From NCBI RefSeq assembly GCF_035944535.1, contig NZ_DASZBC010000002.1:34638-98637 (forward strand): a stretch of DNA of 64,000 bases, written 5' to 3'. Under the pieces are notes generated by a model, which saw nothing but the letters and a program-made list of their open reading frames with translations, was not told the DNA's origin and searched no databases. This document shows positions 1 to 10,654 of the stretch, one piece after another. The position numbers and the translations under genes were made by a program. The first letter of the stretch is position 1, and every line of letters starts with the position of its first letter. This stretch comes from Sphingomonas sp. (GTDB lineage: Bacteria; Pseudomonadota; Alphaproteobacteria; Sphingomonadales; Sphingomonadaceae).

Positions 1-567
1 ACGGCGCGGGCGGCGAACGCGGCGTTCGCCTTCGTCACGCTGCGGCGCTGCTTCCGTGTCGCGTTCCAGCTGCTCACTGGCTTCGGCCTGCTCGGGCTGG
101 CGTTCGCGGCGCTGATCGTCGCGGCGGAAGCTGTTGCGCTCGCCACGATCATAGCGCTCGCCACGTTCATTCCGATCGCCGCGATCACCCCGGTCGTTGC
201 GCTGATTGCGGCTCTGGTCGCGGCCTTGCTCGCGACCCTGATCGCGCGCGTCGAACTCGTCGCCCTCCTCGCCGTCATACTCCTCGTCGGAGCCCTGTTG
301 TTGGGGGCGCTGCTCTTCGAAGCGCGCGCGGCTTTCGCTCAACACGCGGAAATAATGATCTGCGAACTGGAGGTAATATTCGGTCGTGACCCGGTCCCCC
401 GCGCGCTGCGCGTCCTGGGCGAGGTTCTTATATTTCTCGTGCAGCTGCTGGGCATTGCCACGCGCGCGATTGTCGATGCGGCTGCCACCACCGGGCTGAC
501 CCGGATTGCCCTGCGGGCGCTGGCCCCCACGTCCGCGACGGCGGCCGTTCTGACGATTGTTGATCAA
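1..567 (-). CDS. DUF4167 domain-containing protein (5' part; gene runs off the left edge)
   Basis: Hand translation of the minus strand from TTG at 567 gives (M)INNRQNGRRRGRGGQRPQGNPGQPGGGSRIDNRARGNAQQLHEKYKNLAQDAQRAGDRVTTEYYLQFADHYFRVLSE, followed by an acidic/Arg-rich tail. This is the typical DUF4167 N-terminus, and the position next to prmC/prfA is typical for alphaproteobacteria. It is absent from the ORF track because no stop codon lies inside the window. Confidence 0.7.
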   Translation of the reverse strand, partial: MINNRQNGRRRGRGGQRPQGNPGQPGGGSRIDNRARGNAQQLHEKYKNLAQDAQRAGDRVTTEYYLQFADHYFRVLSESRARFEEQRPQQQGSDEEYDGEEGDEFDARDQGREQGRDQSRNQRNDRGDRGDRNERGERYDRGERNSFRRDDQRRERQPEQAEASEQLERDTEAAPQRDEGERRVRRPRR

Positions 568-836
568 AGGATGTCCTCTACTTCACCCAAAACACGTCAC
601 TGCGGTTCCGCTGGTCCCATGCGCGGCCGTGAAGAGAGCAGCGGATCGACGCGCTCTCGTCAGTCGCCAGCGCGGCCGGGTCTCACCGCGTCTTAGCTGT
701 CGGGATGGGCATGGCGTTCTTCGTAGCGCCTACTCGGCTGCTGTCCGCGGAAACTGCCTGCCCCTCTGCGCCCTACCTAGTGGTTCACCGATCAAAATCC
801 AAGTGCAAATTAGCGTCGATTTCTTGCGCTTCCGTG

Positions 837-1667
837 TCAATCGCGGCGGAGCTCGAGACAACGGTCTCGTCCAGCCAAGTCCTGGCGACAACGGACGGAG
901 AATTCCTCAACCTGCATCAAGGCACTGACGCTTTCCCGCTGCGTGGAGCCGATCTCGAGCGCCACGAGCCCGCCCGGGGCAAGCAGCCGCGCCAGCTGTG
1001 GAGCAAGGACGCGATAGTCGTCGAGCCCTTCCGGGCCGGCGAAAAGGGCCGAGCCGGGCTCGTATTCGGCGACGTCGGGAGCAAGTTCGGCGCCATCCTC
1101 GACATAGGGCGGATTGCACAGGATCAGGTCGAACTGGCCGTCGAGCGCATCCCCCCAGCTGCCCTTCACGAAGCGTGCGCGCCCGCCAAAACGGAGCCGC
1201 TCCGCATTGCCGCGCGCCAGATCGATCGCGGCTCTCGAACGATCGACCCCCAGGCCCCAGGCGCCCGGCCATTGATCCAGCGCCGCCAGCAACAGCGCGC
1301 CGGACCCGGTACCCAGGTCCAGCACCGTCGCCGGACCCGCACTGTCGAAGTGCGCGATCGCCGCCTCGATCAGCGTCTCGCTGTCCGGGCGCGGAATCAG
1401 GACCGCGGGCGTGACGTGCAGGTCAAGGGTCCAGAAGCTCCTGGTACCGGTGATGTAGGCGACCGGCTCGTGCGCAAGGCGGCGTTGGAGCAGGGCTTCG
1501 AAGGCTGCTGGCACCTCGCTGTCGAGGCGGAGCAGCAGCGCCTCACGCGAAACGCCGAGCGCGTGGGCGAGCAGGAGTTCGGCGTCTAGGCGCGGTGTGG
1601 AGGAGGTCGAGGTAAGCCTCTCCGCCGCACGCCTCAGAACCTCACCGGACGCCGACCCTTTCGTCAT
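837..1667 (-). CDS. prmC: peptide chain release factor N(5)-glutamine methyltransferase
   Basis: 276 aa. SAM motif VLDLGTGSGAL and catalytic LILCNPPYV (NPPY). Lies directly downstream of prfA. Confidence 0.93.
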   Translation of the reverse strand: MTKGSASGEVLRRAAERLTSTSSTPRLDAELLLAHALGVSREALLLRLDSEVPAAFEALLQRRLAHEPVAYITGTRSFWTLDLHVTPAVLIPRPDSETLIEAAIAHFDSAGPATVLDLGTGSGALLLAALDQWPGAWGLGVDRSRAAIDLARGNAERLRFGGRARFVKGSWGDALDGQFDLILCNPPYVEDGAELAPDVAEYEPGSALFAGPEGLDDYRVLAPQLARLLAPGGLVALEIGSTQRESVSALMQVEEFSVRCRQDLAGRDRCLELRRD

Positions 1668-1746
1668 TGCGAGCGCAGCGAAGCAATCCAGCCCGCGACG
1701 GGCCTCGCACTGGATTGCCGCGTCGCTTCGCTCCTCGCAATGACGG
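1661..1746. repeat. palindromic REP/MITE-like element, family A (tcgtcattgcgagc..gaagcaatccag // ctggattgc..ctcgcaatgacg)
   Basis: Long inverted repeat that fills the whole prfA-prmC gap. Near-identical copies occur at 42894-42981 and 50924-51007. Confidence 0.85.
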
Positions 1747-1754
1747 CGAAGGGC

Positions 1755-2830
<1,076 letters not shown>

Positions 2831-2834
<4 letters not shown>

Positions 2835-4192
2835 TGCTCGCCCGTTGCGGCGTTCCCGGTCAGGAACGCTTCACCGCCCGGCTCAACAAACCAGTGGGAG
2901 CGGCTTATCTGATATTTTGCCGCCGACACTCGCGCGTACACCTCATCCGTGACGTCTAGCTGGTGTTCGTCGACGTCAGACACGACTGACTGCTCACCTG
3001 AGCGTAGATCCTTCACCTCCACTTCGCGGCGCGCCCATCCAGCTTGGGACACAAACACGGCAACGAGCGCGCCCGAAGCGTTCGCCCGCTGCATACGGCG
3101 TTTCATATTTCCCTTCAGAGCCATGTCACATGCCAGACCCCTCCGGCGAAGTGCCGATAGCACGTCCAGCGCTGCAAGCTCTGATTGCTGATCCACCGGG
3201 ATAACTGCAGCATCGACACTTACGGGGGCGGGACACTCGATCAACATCGCCAGCCGCTCGATCCCCGCCGCCCAACCGACAGCTGGCGTGGCAGGGCCAC
3301 CCAGATTCTCGATCAGCCCGTCATAGCGCCCGCCGCCAAGCACGGTGCCTTGCGCGCCCAGGCGATCAGTGACGAACTCGAAGGCGGTGTGGCGGTAATA
3401 ATCGAGGCCGCGGACAAGGCGTGCATTTCGGGTCCACGCTACGCCGGCCGCATCGAGGCCTTTGGTCACCGCTTGAAAGAATGCACCTGCCTCACTTGTC
3501 AGGAAGTCGTCGATCGAAGGTGCGGCGTCGGCGACCGGGCGATCGCGCGGGTCCTTGCTGTCCAGGATGCGCATCGGATTGCGCTGCAGGCGGTCGAGGC
3601 TCTCTTCCGACAGCTCGCCGCGATGCGCCTCGAAGTGGCGGACGAGGGCGTCGCGCCAGGCTTGCCGCGTCTCGGCGTCACCCAAGGTATTGAGCTGCAG
3701 CGTCACGCCGTCGCTCACGCCGAGTTCGCGCAGCAGCTGATCGGCCATCACCAGCAGCTCGACATCAGCGGCAGGCTCGGCCGCGCCGATCACTTCGGCG
3801 TCGAGCTGGTGGAACTGCCGGAAGCGCCCCTTTTGCGGCCGTTCGTAGCGGAACAGCGGCCCGTGCGTCGCCACCTTCAGCGGCGCATATTGCTGCCAGC
3901 CTTCGGTCAGATAGGCGCGCGCGATTCCGGCAGTGAACTCGGGCCGCAGCGTCAGCGAATCCCCGCCGCGATCCTCGAACGTGTACATTTCCTTTGAGAC
4001 CACGTCGGTCGTCTCGCCGAGCGAGCGGGCGAACACGGCGGTCGCTTCGAACACCGGCACTTCGACGCGCTGAAAAGCATAGAGCTTGCGCACCCGCTCG
4101 AACGTGTCGACGACATGTTGGAAGCGCAGCGCTTGCTCGCCAAGCATGTCCTGCGTGCCGCGGATCGGCCGGGGAGTTTCGATCTTCGCCAT
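2831..4192 (-). CDS. hisS: histidine--tRNA ligase
   Basis: 453 aa. Class II aaRS motifs ([24 protein letters not shown]). Confidence 0.93.
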
Positions 4193-4225
4193 AAAGCGCG
4201 GCTGTTTAGTGAGCTAACACCCTCT

Positions 4226-4390
4226 CGTCATCCCCCGCCCTAGTTTAGTGATCCCCGCGAAAGCGGGGACCCAGTCTCTTCTTCTCTTAGTGCCCTTTGT
4301 GCTCTTCGTGAGAACCCATTCTTGTTCTCACAAAGGCCACGAAGATCACGAAGAAGGAAGCCGGGTTCCCGCTTTCGCGGGAAAGACGAA
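4226..4390. repeat. composite nested palindromic element (ccccgcgaaagcggggaccc // gggttcccgctttcgcggg arms around an inner cacgaag/cttcgtg hairpin)
   Basis: Outer inverted repeat at 4253-4272 and 4362-4381. Inner imperfect hairpin at ~4293-4350. Translating it produces the spurious 'PAKAGTQ' N-terminal extension of ORF 4248. Confidence 0.75.
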
Positions 4391-4409
4391 GGGGTTAGGA
4401 GCCCGGAGC

Positions 4410-6311
4410 ATGAAGCTCATCTTCGCGTCACTCCTCCTCGCCTCCTCCACCGCCGCCATCGCCCAGCTTAGCGCCCCGCAGCCGGTCGCTTATGTCGATC
4501 CAATCCCCGCGCCGCGCGACATCCCCTATCCCGGCACGATGACGGTGAAGGTCGACGCGACCGACATCGAGCGCGGCATCATCGAAGTGCGGCAGACCAT
4601 CCCCGTGCGCGAAAGCGGGCGGATGACCTTGCTGGTGCCCGCCTATCTGCCCGGCAAGCATGCGTCGCGGCTGGAGCTCGACAAGCTCGGCGGCCTCGTC
4701 ATCAAGGCCGGCGGCAAGACGCTCGTCTGGAAGCGCGACCCGGTCGACGTCCACGCCTTCCATATCGATGTGCCGGACGGCGCCCGAGCACTGGATCTTG
4801 AGTTTCAGTTCCTCTCAGCAGTGGCAAGCGATCAAGGCCGGATCGTCGTCACGCGCGAGATGATGAATCTGCAGTTCGAGCAGCTCTCCTTCTACCCGGC
4901 AGGCTATTTCACCCGGCAGATCCCGGTGACGGCGAGCGTCACCTATCCCAAGGGCTGGCAGGCGGCGACGGCGCTGCGGCCGACCGCCACCGTCGGCGAT
5001 ACGATCACCTACGGCACCGTCAGCTACGAAGTGCTGCAGGACTCGCCTATCTTCGCGGGCAAATATTTCCGCCGCGACGATCTCGGCCAGGGCGTGATCC
5101 TCAACACCGTCGCCGATCACCCCAGGGAGCTGGCGGTCACGCCCGAAGTGCTCGCCTTGCACCGCAACCTCGTCGACCAGGCGATCAAGCTGTTCGGGTC
5201 GCGCCATTATGACCATTACGACTTTCTGCACGCGATTACCGACCGGATGGGCGGGATCGGGCTGGAGCATCACCGGTCGAGCGAGAACCAGAACGACCCC
5301 GGCTATTTCACCGATTGGGCGGCGTCGCTGCCCGATCACAATCTGCTGCCGCACGAGTTCGTGCATAGCTGGAACGGCAAGTTCCGCCTGGGCGCTGACA
5401 GCTGGACGCCCGATTTCCGCACGCCCAAGCGCAACTCGCTGCTCTGGGTCTATGAAGGCCAGACGCAGTTCTGGGGCCATGTGCTTGAAGCCCGGTCGGG
5501 CATGTCGTCCAAGGCGGACGTGCTCGACAAGCTGGCCAGCATCGCCGCTTCGCTCGACAACCGTCCGGCGCGGAGCTGGCGGAGCCTCGACGACACCACC
5601 AACGACCCGATCATCTCGGCACGCCGCCCCAAGGCTTGGCTCAGCTGGCAGCGAAGCGAGGATTATTACAATGAAGGCCTGCTGATCTGGGTCGAGGCCG
5701 ACGCGATCATCCGCGAAGGCACCGGTGGCGCCAGAGGCATGGACGATTTCGCCCGCGCCTTTTTCGGCATCAGGGACGGCGACTGGGGCCAGGTCACCTA
5801 CACATTCGACGATGTGGTCGCGACGCTGAACAGCGTCTACGCTTATGACTGGCGCGCTTTCCTGACGCAGCGGCTGACCGAAAAGGCGCCGCGCGCCCCG
5901 CTGCTCGGCTTCGAGAAGAGCGGCTACAAGCTCGTCTACACCGACACCCCGACCAACTGGATGACGCGCACGCAGAAGCACGGCAAATATCTCGACCTGA
6001 TCTATTCGCTCGGGATCAATGTCGCGAAGGGCAAGGTCAGCGCGATCCAGTGGGACGGCCCGGCCTTCAAGGCGGGCATGGTGGTCGGCCAGGAGATCAT
6101 CGCGGTCAACGGCGTGCCCTACACGGAAGAGGTGCTGAAGGCGGCGGTGACGGCAGCCAAGGGCGGAAAGGCCCCGATCCGCCTCACGATCAAGACGGAG
6201 TCGCAGGTGCGCGACGTCGCTCTCGACTGGACCGGCGGCCTGCGCTACCCGCGCTTTCAGAAAACAGGCACCGGAGAGGGTGCGCTCGACAGGCTGCTCA
6301 CCGCCCGGTGA
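4410..6311 (+). CDS. M61 family metallopeptidase (glycyl aminopeptidase-like) with C-terminal PDZ domain, secreted
   Basis: HExxH motif HEFVHSWNGK. PDZ-like AGMVVGQEIIAVNG. I chose ATG 4410 (MKLIFASLLLASSTAAIAQ signal peptide) rather than GTG 4248, which lies inside the repeat. Confidence 0.85.
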   Translation: MKLIFASLLLASSTAAIAQLSAPQPVAYVDPIPAPRDIPYPGTMTVKVDATDIERGIIEVRQTIPVRESGRMTLLVPAYLPGKHASRLELDKLGGLVIKAGGKTLVWKRDPVDVHAFHIDVPDGARALDLEFQFLSAVASDQGRIVVTREMMNLQFEQLSFYPAGYFTRQIPVTASVTYPKGWQAATALRPTATVGDTITYGTVSYEVLQDSPIFAGKYFRRDDLGQGVILNTVADHPRELAVTPEVLALHRNLVDQAIKLFGSRHYDHYDFLHAITDRMGGIGLEHHRSSENQNDPGYFTDWAASLPDHNLLPHEFVHSWNGKFRLGADSWTPDFRTPKRNSLLWVYEGQTQFWGHVLEARSGMSSKADVLDKLASIAASLDNRPARSWRSLDDTTNDPIISARRPKAWLSWQRSEDYYNEGLLIWVEADAIIREGTGGARGMDDFARAFFGIRDGDWGQVTYTFDDVVATLNSVYAYDWRAFLTQRLTEKAPRAPLLGFEKSGYKLVYTDTPTNWMTRTQKHGKYLDLIYSLGINVAKGKVSAIQWDGPAFKAGMVVGQEIIAVNGVPYTEEVLKAAVTAAKGGKAPIRLTIKTESQVRDVALDWTGGLRYPRFQKTGTGEGALDRLLTAR

Positions 6312-6329
6312 GTTGACCCGTTTCCCTAT

Positions 6330-6412
6330 CGTCATCCTGAACTTGTTTCAGGATAAGCTGTCCGCCGATCCGTCGCCGACACGCTTATGCCGAAACAAGT
6401 TCGGCATGACGA
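6330..6412. repeat. palindromic REP/MITE-like element, family B (gtcatcc(t/c)gaacttgtttc(a/g)gga // cccgaaacaagttcgg(c/g)atgac)
   Basis: Terminal inverted repeats. Related copies at 7842-7924, 35899-36007 and 59671-59782. Confidence 0.85.
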
Positions 6413-6430
6413 TCAAGCAGTTGGACGCAC

Positions 6431-6976
6431 ATGAACATCGACCTGATCAGCTGCGGCGACGAGCCGCCGCACAATCTCAACGTCATCATCGAAGTTCCGG
6501 TCGGCGGCGAGCCCGTCAAATATGAGTTCGACAAGAAGTCGGGCGCGCTGTTCGTTGACCGCATCCTGCACACGCCGATGCGCTATCCGGCCAATTACGG
6601 CTTCGTGCCGCACACGCTGTCACCGGACGGCGACCCGCTCGACGCACTGGTCGTCGCGCGCTCGCCCTTCATTCCGGGCTGCGTGGTGCGGGTCCGCCCG
6701 ATCGCGGTGCTGATGCTGGAAGACGAAGCCGGCGGCGACGAGAAGCTCCTGACCGTGCCCGTCGACGAGACCTTTCCCTATTACACCAAGGTCGAGGAGA
6801 TGAGCGATCTGCCCGAGATCGTGATGCAGCAGATCGAGCATTTCTTCACCCACTATAAGGACCTGGAAGCCAAGAAGTGGGTGCGCGTCGGCCATTGGGA
6901 AAATGCCGACTATGCGCGCCGCATCGTGCTCGAGGCGATCGAACGGGCGAAGGCGGTCAAATCCGAAGCACAATAA
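6431..6976 (+). CDS. ppa: inorganic diphosphatase
   Basis: 181 aa. Family I PPase motifs (YPANYGFVPHTLSPDGDPLDALV). Confidence 0.96.
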   Translation: MNIDLISCGDEPPHNLNVIIEVPVGGEPVKYEFDKKSGALFVDRILHTPMRYPANYGFVPHTLSPDGDPLDALVVARSPFIPGCVVRVRPIAVLMLEDEAGGDEKLLTVPVDETFPYYTKVEEMSDLPEIVMQQIEHFFTHYKDLEAKKWVRVGHWENADYARRIVLEAIERAKAVKSEAQ

Positions 6977-6977
6977 T

Positions 6978-7033
6978 CCGTTCGCTTCGAGCGAAGTCGA
7001 GAAGCGTATCTCGACTTCGCTCGATACGAACGG
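6978..7033. repeat. palindromic element, family D (ccgttcgcttcgagcgaagtcgagaa // tctcgacttcgctcga..gaacgg); possible bidirectional terminator
   Basis: Near-perfect hairpin exactly between the convergent ppa and SDR stops. Second copy at 23438-23516. Confidence 0.75.
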
Positions 7034-7039
7034 CAACGG

Positions 7040-7822
7040 TTACCTCGGCGCCATCCGGATTGCGCCGTCCAGGCGGACATCCTCGCCATTGAAGTACCCG
7101 CATTCGATCATCGTCAGCGCGAGCATGGCATATTCTTCGGGATTGCCGAGCCGCTTCGGGAAAGGCACCGAAGCCGCAAGCGCATCCTTTACCTGCTGGG
7201 GTGCGGCGTTCATCAATGGCGTGTTGAAGATGCCGGGCAGGATGGTGTTGACGCGAATGCCCTCGTTCATCAGGTCGCGGGCGATCGGCAGCGTCATGCC
7301 GATGACGCCGCCCTTAGACGCCGAATAAGCCGCCTGGCCGATCTGGCCGTCTTCACCTGCCACCGAAGCGGTGTTGACGATCGCGCCGCGCTCACCGTCT
7401 TCCATCGGGTCGAGCGTCAGCATGCCCGCCGCCGACTTGGCGATGCAGCGGAACGTGCCGACCAGATTGATCTGGATCACGAAGTTGAACGCATCCAGGG
7501 GGAAGTGCTTGATCGAGCCGTCTTCCTTTGAGCGGCTCGCCGTTTTGATCGCGTTGCCGATGCCGGCGCAGTTGACGAGGATGCGTTCCTGGCCGTGCGC
7601 GGCGCGCGCCTTGGCGAAGCCCGCATCGACGCTCTCGTCCGAGGTCACATTCACTTCACAGAACACGCCGTCGATTTCGGCCGCGACCTGCTCCCCCTTC
7701 TCCGCCTGCAAGTCGAAGATCGCGACCTTCACGCCCCTGGCGGCAAGCGCCCGCGCGGTGGCGGCGCCAAGGCCGGATGCCCCACCGGTGATGACGGCTG
7801 CGACTGAACTGTCCAACTTCAT
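7040..7822 (-). CDS. SDR family 3-hydroxyacyl-CoA dehydrogenase (type II HADH-like)
   Basis: 260 aa. TGGASGLG Rossmann motif and YSASKGG catalytic motif. Adjacent to a thiolase. Confidence 0.88.
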   Translation of the reverse strand: MKLDSSVAAVITGGASGLGAATARALAARGVKVAIFDLQAEKGEQVAAEIDGVFCEVNVTSDESVDAGFAKARAAHGQERILVNCAGIGNAIKTASRSKEDGSIKHFPLDAFNFVIQINLVGTFRCIAKSAAGMLTLDPMEDGERGAIVNTASVAGEDGQIGQAAYSASKGGVIGMTLPIARDLMNEGIRVNTILPGIFNTPLMNAAPQQVKDALAASVPFPKRLGNPEEYAMLALTMIECGYFNGEDVRLDGAIRMAPR

Positions 7823-7841
7823 TTCGAGATCCTTCCTTGAT

Positions 7842-7924
7842 CGTCATGCCCAACTTGGATCGGCATAAGCTGTCCGTCGACGGATCGCCGGAAGCCTTAT
7901 CCCGAAACGAGTTCGGGATGACGG
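7842..7924. repeat. palindromic REP/MITE-like element, family B
   Basis: cgtcatgcccaacttggatcggcat ... cccgaaacgagttcgggatgacg. Confidence 0.8.
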
Positions 7925-7937
7925 TGGTTGTTGATGC

Positions 7938-9107
7938 CTAAATCCGCTCGACGATGGTCACGTTGGCGATGCCGCCGCCCTCGCACATGGTCTGCAGGCC
8001 ATAGCGCTTGCCGTGCCGGCGCAGCGCGTGGACCAGGGTCGCCATCAGCTTGGTGCCCGAGGCGCCGAGCGGATGACCGAGCGCGATCGCGCCGCCATGC
8101 ACATTGATCTTGGCCGGATCGGCGCCTGTGTGCTTCAGCCAGGCGAGCGGCACCGGCGCGAAGGCCTCGTTTACTTCGTAAAGGTCGATCTCGTCGATCT
8201 TCATGCCGGCGCGCTTCAGCGCTCTGTCGGTCGCGAACAGCGGCTCTTCGAGCATGATCACCGGATCGCCCGCCGTCACTGTCACATTGTGGATGCGAGC
8301 AAGCGGAGTGAGGCCATGTTCCTTCAGCGCGCGCTCCGACACGACCAGCACGGCTGACGCACCATCACAGATCTGGGAGGCATTGGCGGCCGTGATCGCG
8401 CCGCCCTCGGCGAGCAACTTGACCGAGGCGATACCCTCCAGCGTCGCGTCGTGGCGGATGCCTTCATCGGTGCGATGGAGTTCGGTGCCTTCCGGAGTCT
8501 CGATCTCCAGCGGTACGATCTCGTCGTCGAACGCGCCCGCCTGAGTCGCGGCCGAGGCGCGGCGATGGCTTTCCAGCGAATAACGGTCGAGCTGTTCCTT
8601 GGTGAAGCCATGCTTCTTCACGATCATCTCGGCACCCATGAACTGGCTGAACTGGATGCCGGGATAGCGCGCTTCCTGGCGCGGGCTCTTCGACTTGCCG
8701 AGGCCCGCCTGGGCGAACAACATGCCGGTCGATCCCATCGGCACGCGCGTCATCGATTCGACGCCGGCCGCGATCACCACGTCCTGTGTGCCCGACAGCA
8801 CCGCCTGCGCCGCGAATTGAATCGCCTGCTGCGACGATCCGCACTGGCGGTCGATCGTCACCGCCGGCACGCTCTCCGGCAGCCGTGAGGCGAGCACCGC
8901 ATTGCGCCCGATCTGAAAGCTCTGCTCGCCACCCTGGCTGACGCAGCCCATGATCACGTCCTCGATCGCCGCGGGATCGAGGTCGCTACGATCGACGATC
9001 GCGTTCAGCACTTCGCCCGCCATGTCGGCCGGGTGCCAGCCCGCAAGTTTGCCGCCCCGTTTGCCGCCCGCCGTGCGCACTGCCTGAACGATATAGGCTT
9101 CAGCCAT
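7938..9107 (-). CDS. acetyl-CoA C-acyltransferase (thiolase)
   Basis: 389 aa. Active-site Cys context DRQCGSSQQA and C-terminal CEGGGIANV. Confidence 0.93.
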   Translation of the reverse strand: MAEAYIVQAVRTAGGKRGGKLAGWHPADMAGEVLNAIVDRSDLDPAAIEDVIMGCVSQGGEQSFQIGRNAVLASRLPESVPAVTIDRQCGSSQQAIQFAAQAVLSGTQDVVIAAGVESMTRVPMGSTGMLFAQAGLGKSKSPRQEARYPGIQFSQFMGAEMIVKKHGFTKEQLDRYSLESHRRASAATQAGAFDDEIVPLEIETPEGTELHRTDEGIRHDATLEGIASVKLLAEGGAITAANASQICDGASAVLVVSERALKEHGLTPLARIHNVTVTAGDPVIMLEEPLFATDRALKRAGMKIDEIDLYEVNEAFAPVPLAWLKHTGADPAKINVHGGAIALGHPLGASGTKLMATLVHALRRHGKRYGLQTMCEGGGIANVTIVERI

Positions 9108-9201
9108 GCTCGACTCCTTCTTGGAAGATTTCCCATCATCTCTTGCCTATCACTGCAGGTGCGGCAAGGATGAATTGACGTTTACGTGAACGGCGGGTGG
9201 C

Positions 9202-9870
9202 ATGACGGTCAGCGAAGCAGTGGCGGCACGGCGATCGGTGCGCGGGTTCCTCGACAAGCCGGTCGACATGGACCTGATCCGGCGCTTGGTGGAACTGGCC
9301 GCGCGAGCCCCCTCCGGCGGCAACCTTCAGCCCTGGCACATCGATGTGGTGAGCGGGCTGGCGCTGGAGCGGTTCAAGCGCGACATCGCCGCCAAGCTGA
9401 TGGCCGGCCACCGCGAGACGCCCGCCTACGACATCTACCCGCCCGACCTGGACGATCCCTATCGCGGGCGGCGCTTCGCGATCGGCGAAGCAATGTACGG
9501 GCACATCGGCATCCCGCGCGAAGACAAGGCGGCGCGGCGGATGTGGTTCGCGCGCAACTTCGCGTTTTTCGGAGCGCCGGTCGCCCTGTTCTGCACCGTG
9601 GACCGCGGCATGGGCCCGCCGCAATGGTCGGATCTTGGCATGTATCTCCAGACGCTGATGCTGCTGCTGGTCGAACATGGGCTCGCATCCTGCGCGCAGG
9701 AATGCTGGGCCATCTACCCCGATACGGTCACCAGCTTCCTCGGCACGCCAGCGCATCGCATGCTCTTCTGCGGCATGGCGATCGGCTATGAAGATACCGT
9801 AGAACCCGCAAATGCCCTGCGCAGCGAGCGCGCTCCTCTCTCCGAATGGGCGGATTTCCACGCTTTCTGA
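9202..9870 (+). CDS. nitroreductase family protein
   Basis: 222 aa. N-terminus RRSVRGFLDKPV and PSGGNLQPW, typical of the nitroreductase fold. Confidence 0.85.
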   Translation: MTVSEAVAARRSVRGFLDKPVDMDLIRRLVELAARAPSGGNLQPWHIDVVSGLALERFKRDIAAKLMAGHRETPAYDIYPPDLDDPYRGRRFAIGEAMYGHIGIPREDKAARRMWFARNFAFFGAPVALFCTVDRGMGPPQWSDLGMYLQTLMLLLVEHGLASCAQECWAIYPDTVTSFLGTPAHRMLFCGMAIGYEDTVEPANALRSERAPLSEWADFHAF

Positions 9871-9920
9871 GCGATGAAGGGCACGGTTACCGATATGGTG
9901 CGTTCAAGACGCCAAGCACC

Positions 9921-10103
9921 ATGGGCAAGTTTTCCGAAACCGAAGGGCAAGAGCCGATCGTCGCCGTCGGGCTGCTGACGCAGCAGGATCTCGACCTGCT
10001 CGGCAGCGGCTTCCGCCGCGCCTTCCGGCTCGATGATACACCCTGCTTCGAGGATCTGCTCCGCGCGATTGATGTCGCGGAGGAGAAGATGCAGCCGCAC
10101 TGA
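9921..10103 (+). CDS. small hypothetical protein (60 aa)
   Basis: Strong G/C third-position bias in this frame. ATG 9921 (MGKFSETEG...) preferred over the 9846 extension, which overlaps the nitroreductase gene. No recognisable domain. Confidence 0.45.
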   Translation: MGKFSETEGQEPIVAVGLLTQQDLDLLGSGFRRAFRLDDTPCFEDLLRAIDVAEEKMQPH

Positions 10104-10274
10104 TCAGCGGCGGCGGTCGACCAGCCAGAATGCGGTGACGATGATCGCAGCGAGCGCGAGCCCGCCCACAAGTCCGATCACCGGCTCTCCCAACAGCCCC
10201 ACGCCGATTGCGCCGGCCAGCGGCAGGATCGCGAACAAGATGCCGAGCGAACGTGGGTTGCGGGGAGCGGCCAT
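10104..10274 (-). CDS. small membrane protein (56 aa, two predicted TM segments)
   Basis: MAAPRNPRSLGILFAILPLAGAIGVGLLGEPVIGLVGGLALAAIIVTAFWLVDRRR. ATG at 10274. The longer 140-aa extension is Arg/Ala-rich and overlaps a better plus-strand ORF. Confidence 0.45.
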   Translation of the reverse strand: MAAPRNPRSLGILFAILPLAGAIGVGLLGEPVIGLVGGLALAAIIVTAFWLVDRRR

Positions 10275-10383
10275 GTCCGGGCTCTGCCACGCCGCTCCAG
10301 CCCGCGCCAGCCCGACATGGTCAAGAAGCCGTTGACCTTCTCCGTCCGCCGGACGGCAAGCTTCCGCGGCTAGAGCGGTCGTC

Positions 10384-10611
10384 ATGGAAAGCCCGCGCGA
10401 GACTCCCCTGCCTTTTGTCGCGGATCGCGCGATGCTCGCCGATGCGACCGAGCTGATGGCGCGCTTTGGCGGCGATGCGGCGTTCGAGGCGGCCGCCCGC
10501 GCGGACCGCAGCCGCGATCTCGGCAATGTCGTTCATTTCTGCCGCTGGCGGCAGGTTGAGCGGCTGGTGGTGCTGCTGAGCGAGGACGGGGCGACCGGCA
10601 CGGTTCACTGA
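10384..10611 (+). CDS. small conserved hypothetical protein (75 aa)
   Basis: Coding-like third-position bias. The sequence (..DRSRDLGNVVHFCRWRQVERLVV..) is not low-complexity. I can name no domain. Confidence 0.5.
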   Translation: MESPRETPLPFVADRAMLADATELMARFGGDAAFEAAARADRSRDLGNVVHFCRWRQVERLVVLLSEDGATGTVH

Positions 10612-10654
10612 TCGGCTCTGGCGGCACTCCGCCTGACACGATACACCCGGCCGC

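Noticed and set aside
568-836. 270-bp non-coding stretch between the DUF4167 start and the prmC stop, considered for an sRNA or riboswitch
   Set aside because: I could identify no conserved motif, stable terminator hairpin or repeat. It is most simply the promoter and 5' UTR of the DUF4167 gene.
4248-4409. N-terminal extensions offered by the ORF track (also 28869-29153, 28693-28953, 38692-39150, 23080-23133, 12678-12743, 60415-60606)
   Set aside because: The extensions translate REP elements or neighbouring genes. Internal starts give proper signal peptides or RBS spacing and family-typical N-termini.
4815-6335. 506-aa minus-strand ORF antisense to the M61 peptidase gene (similarly 53825-55240 antisense to lepA, 39043-40527 and 40190-41422 antisense to the amidase/ACAD genes, 37349-38581 antisense to the hydrolase gene, and 60933-62246)
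   Set aside because: All are shadow ORFs of recognisable genes on the other strand. None has a recognisable motif.
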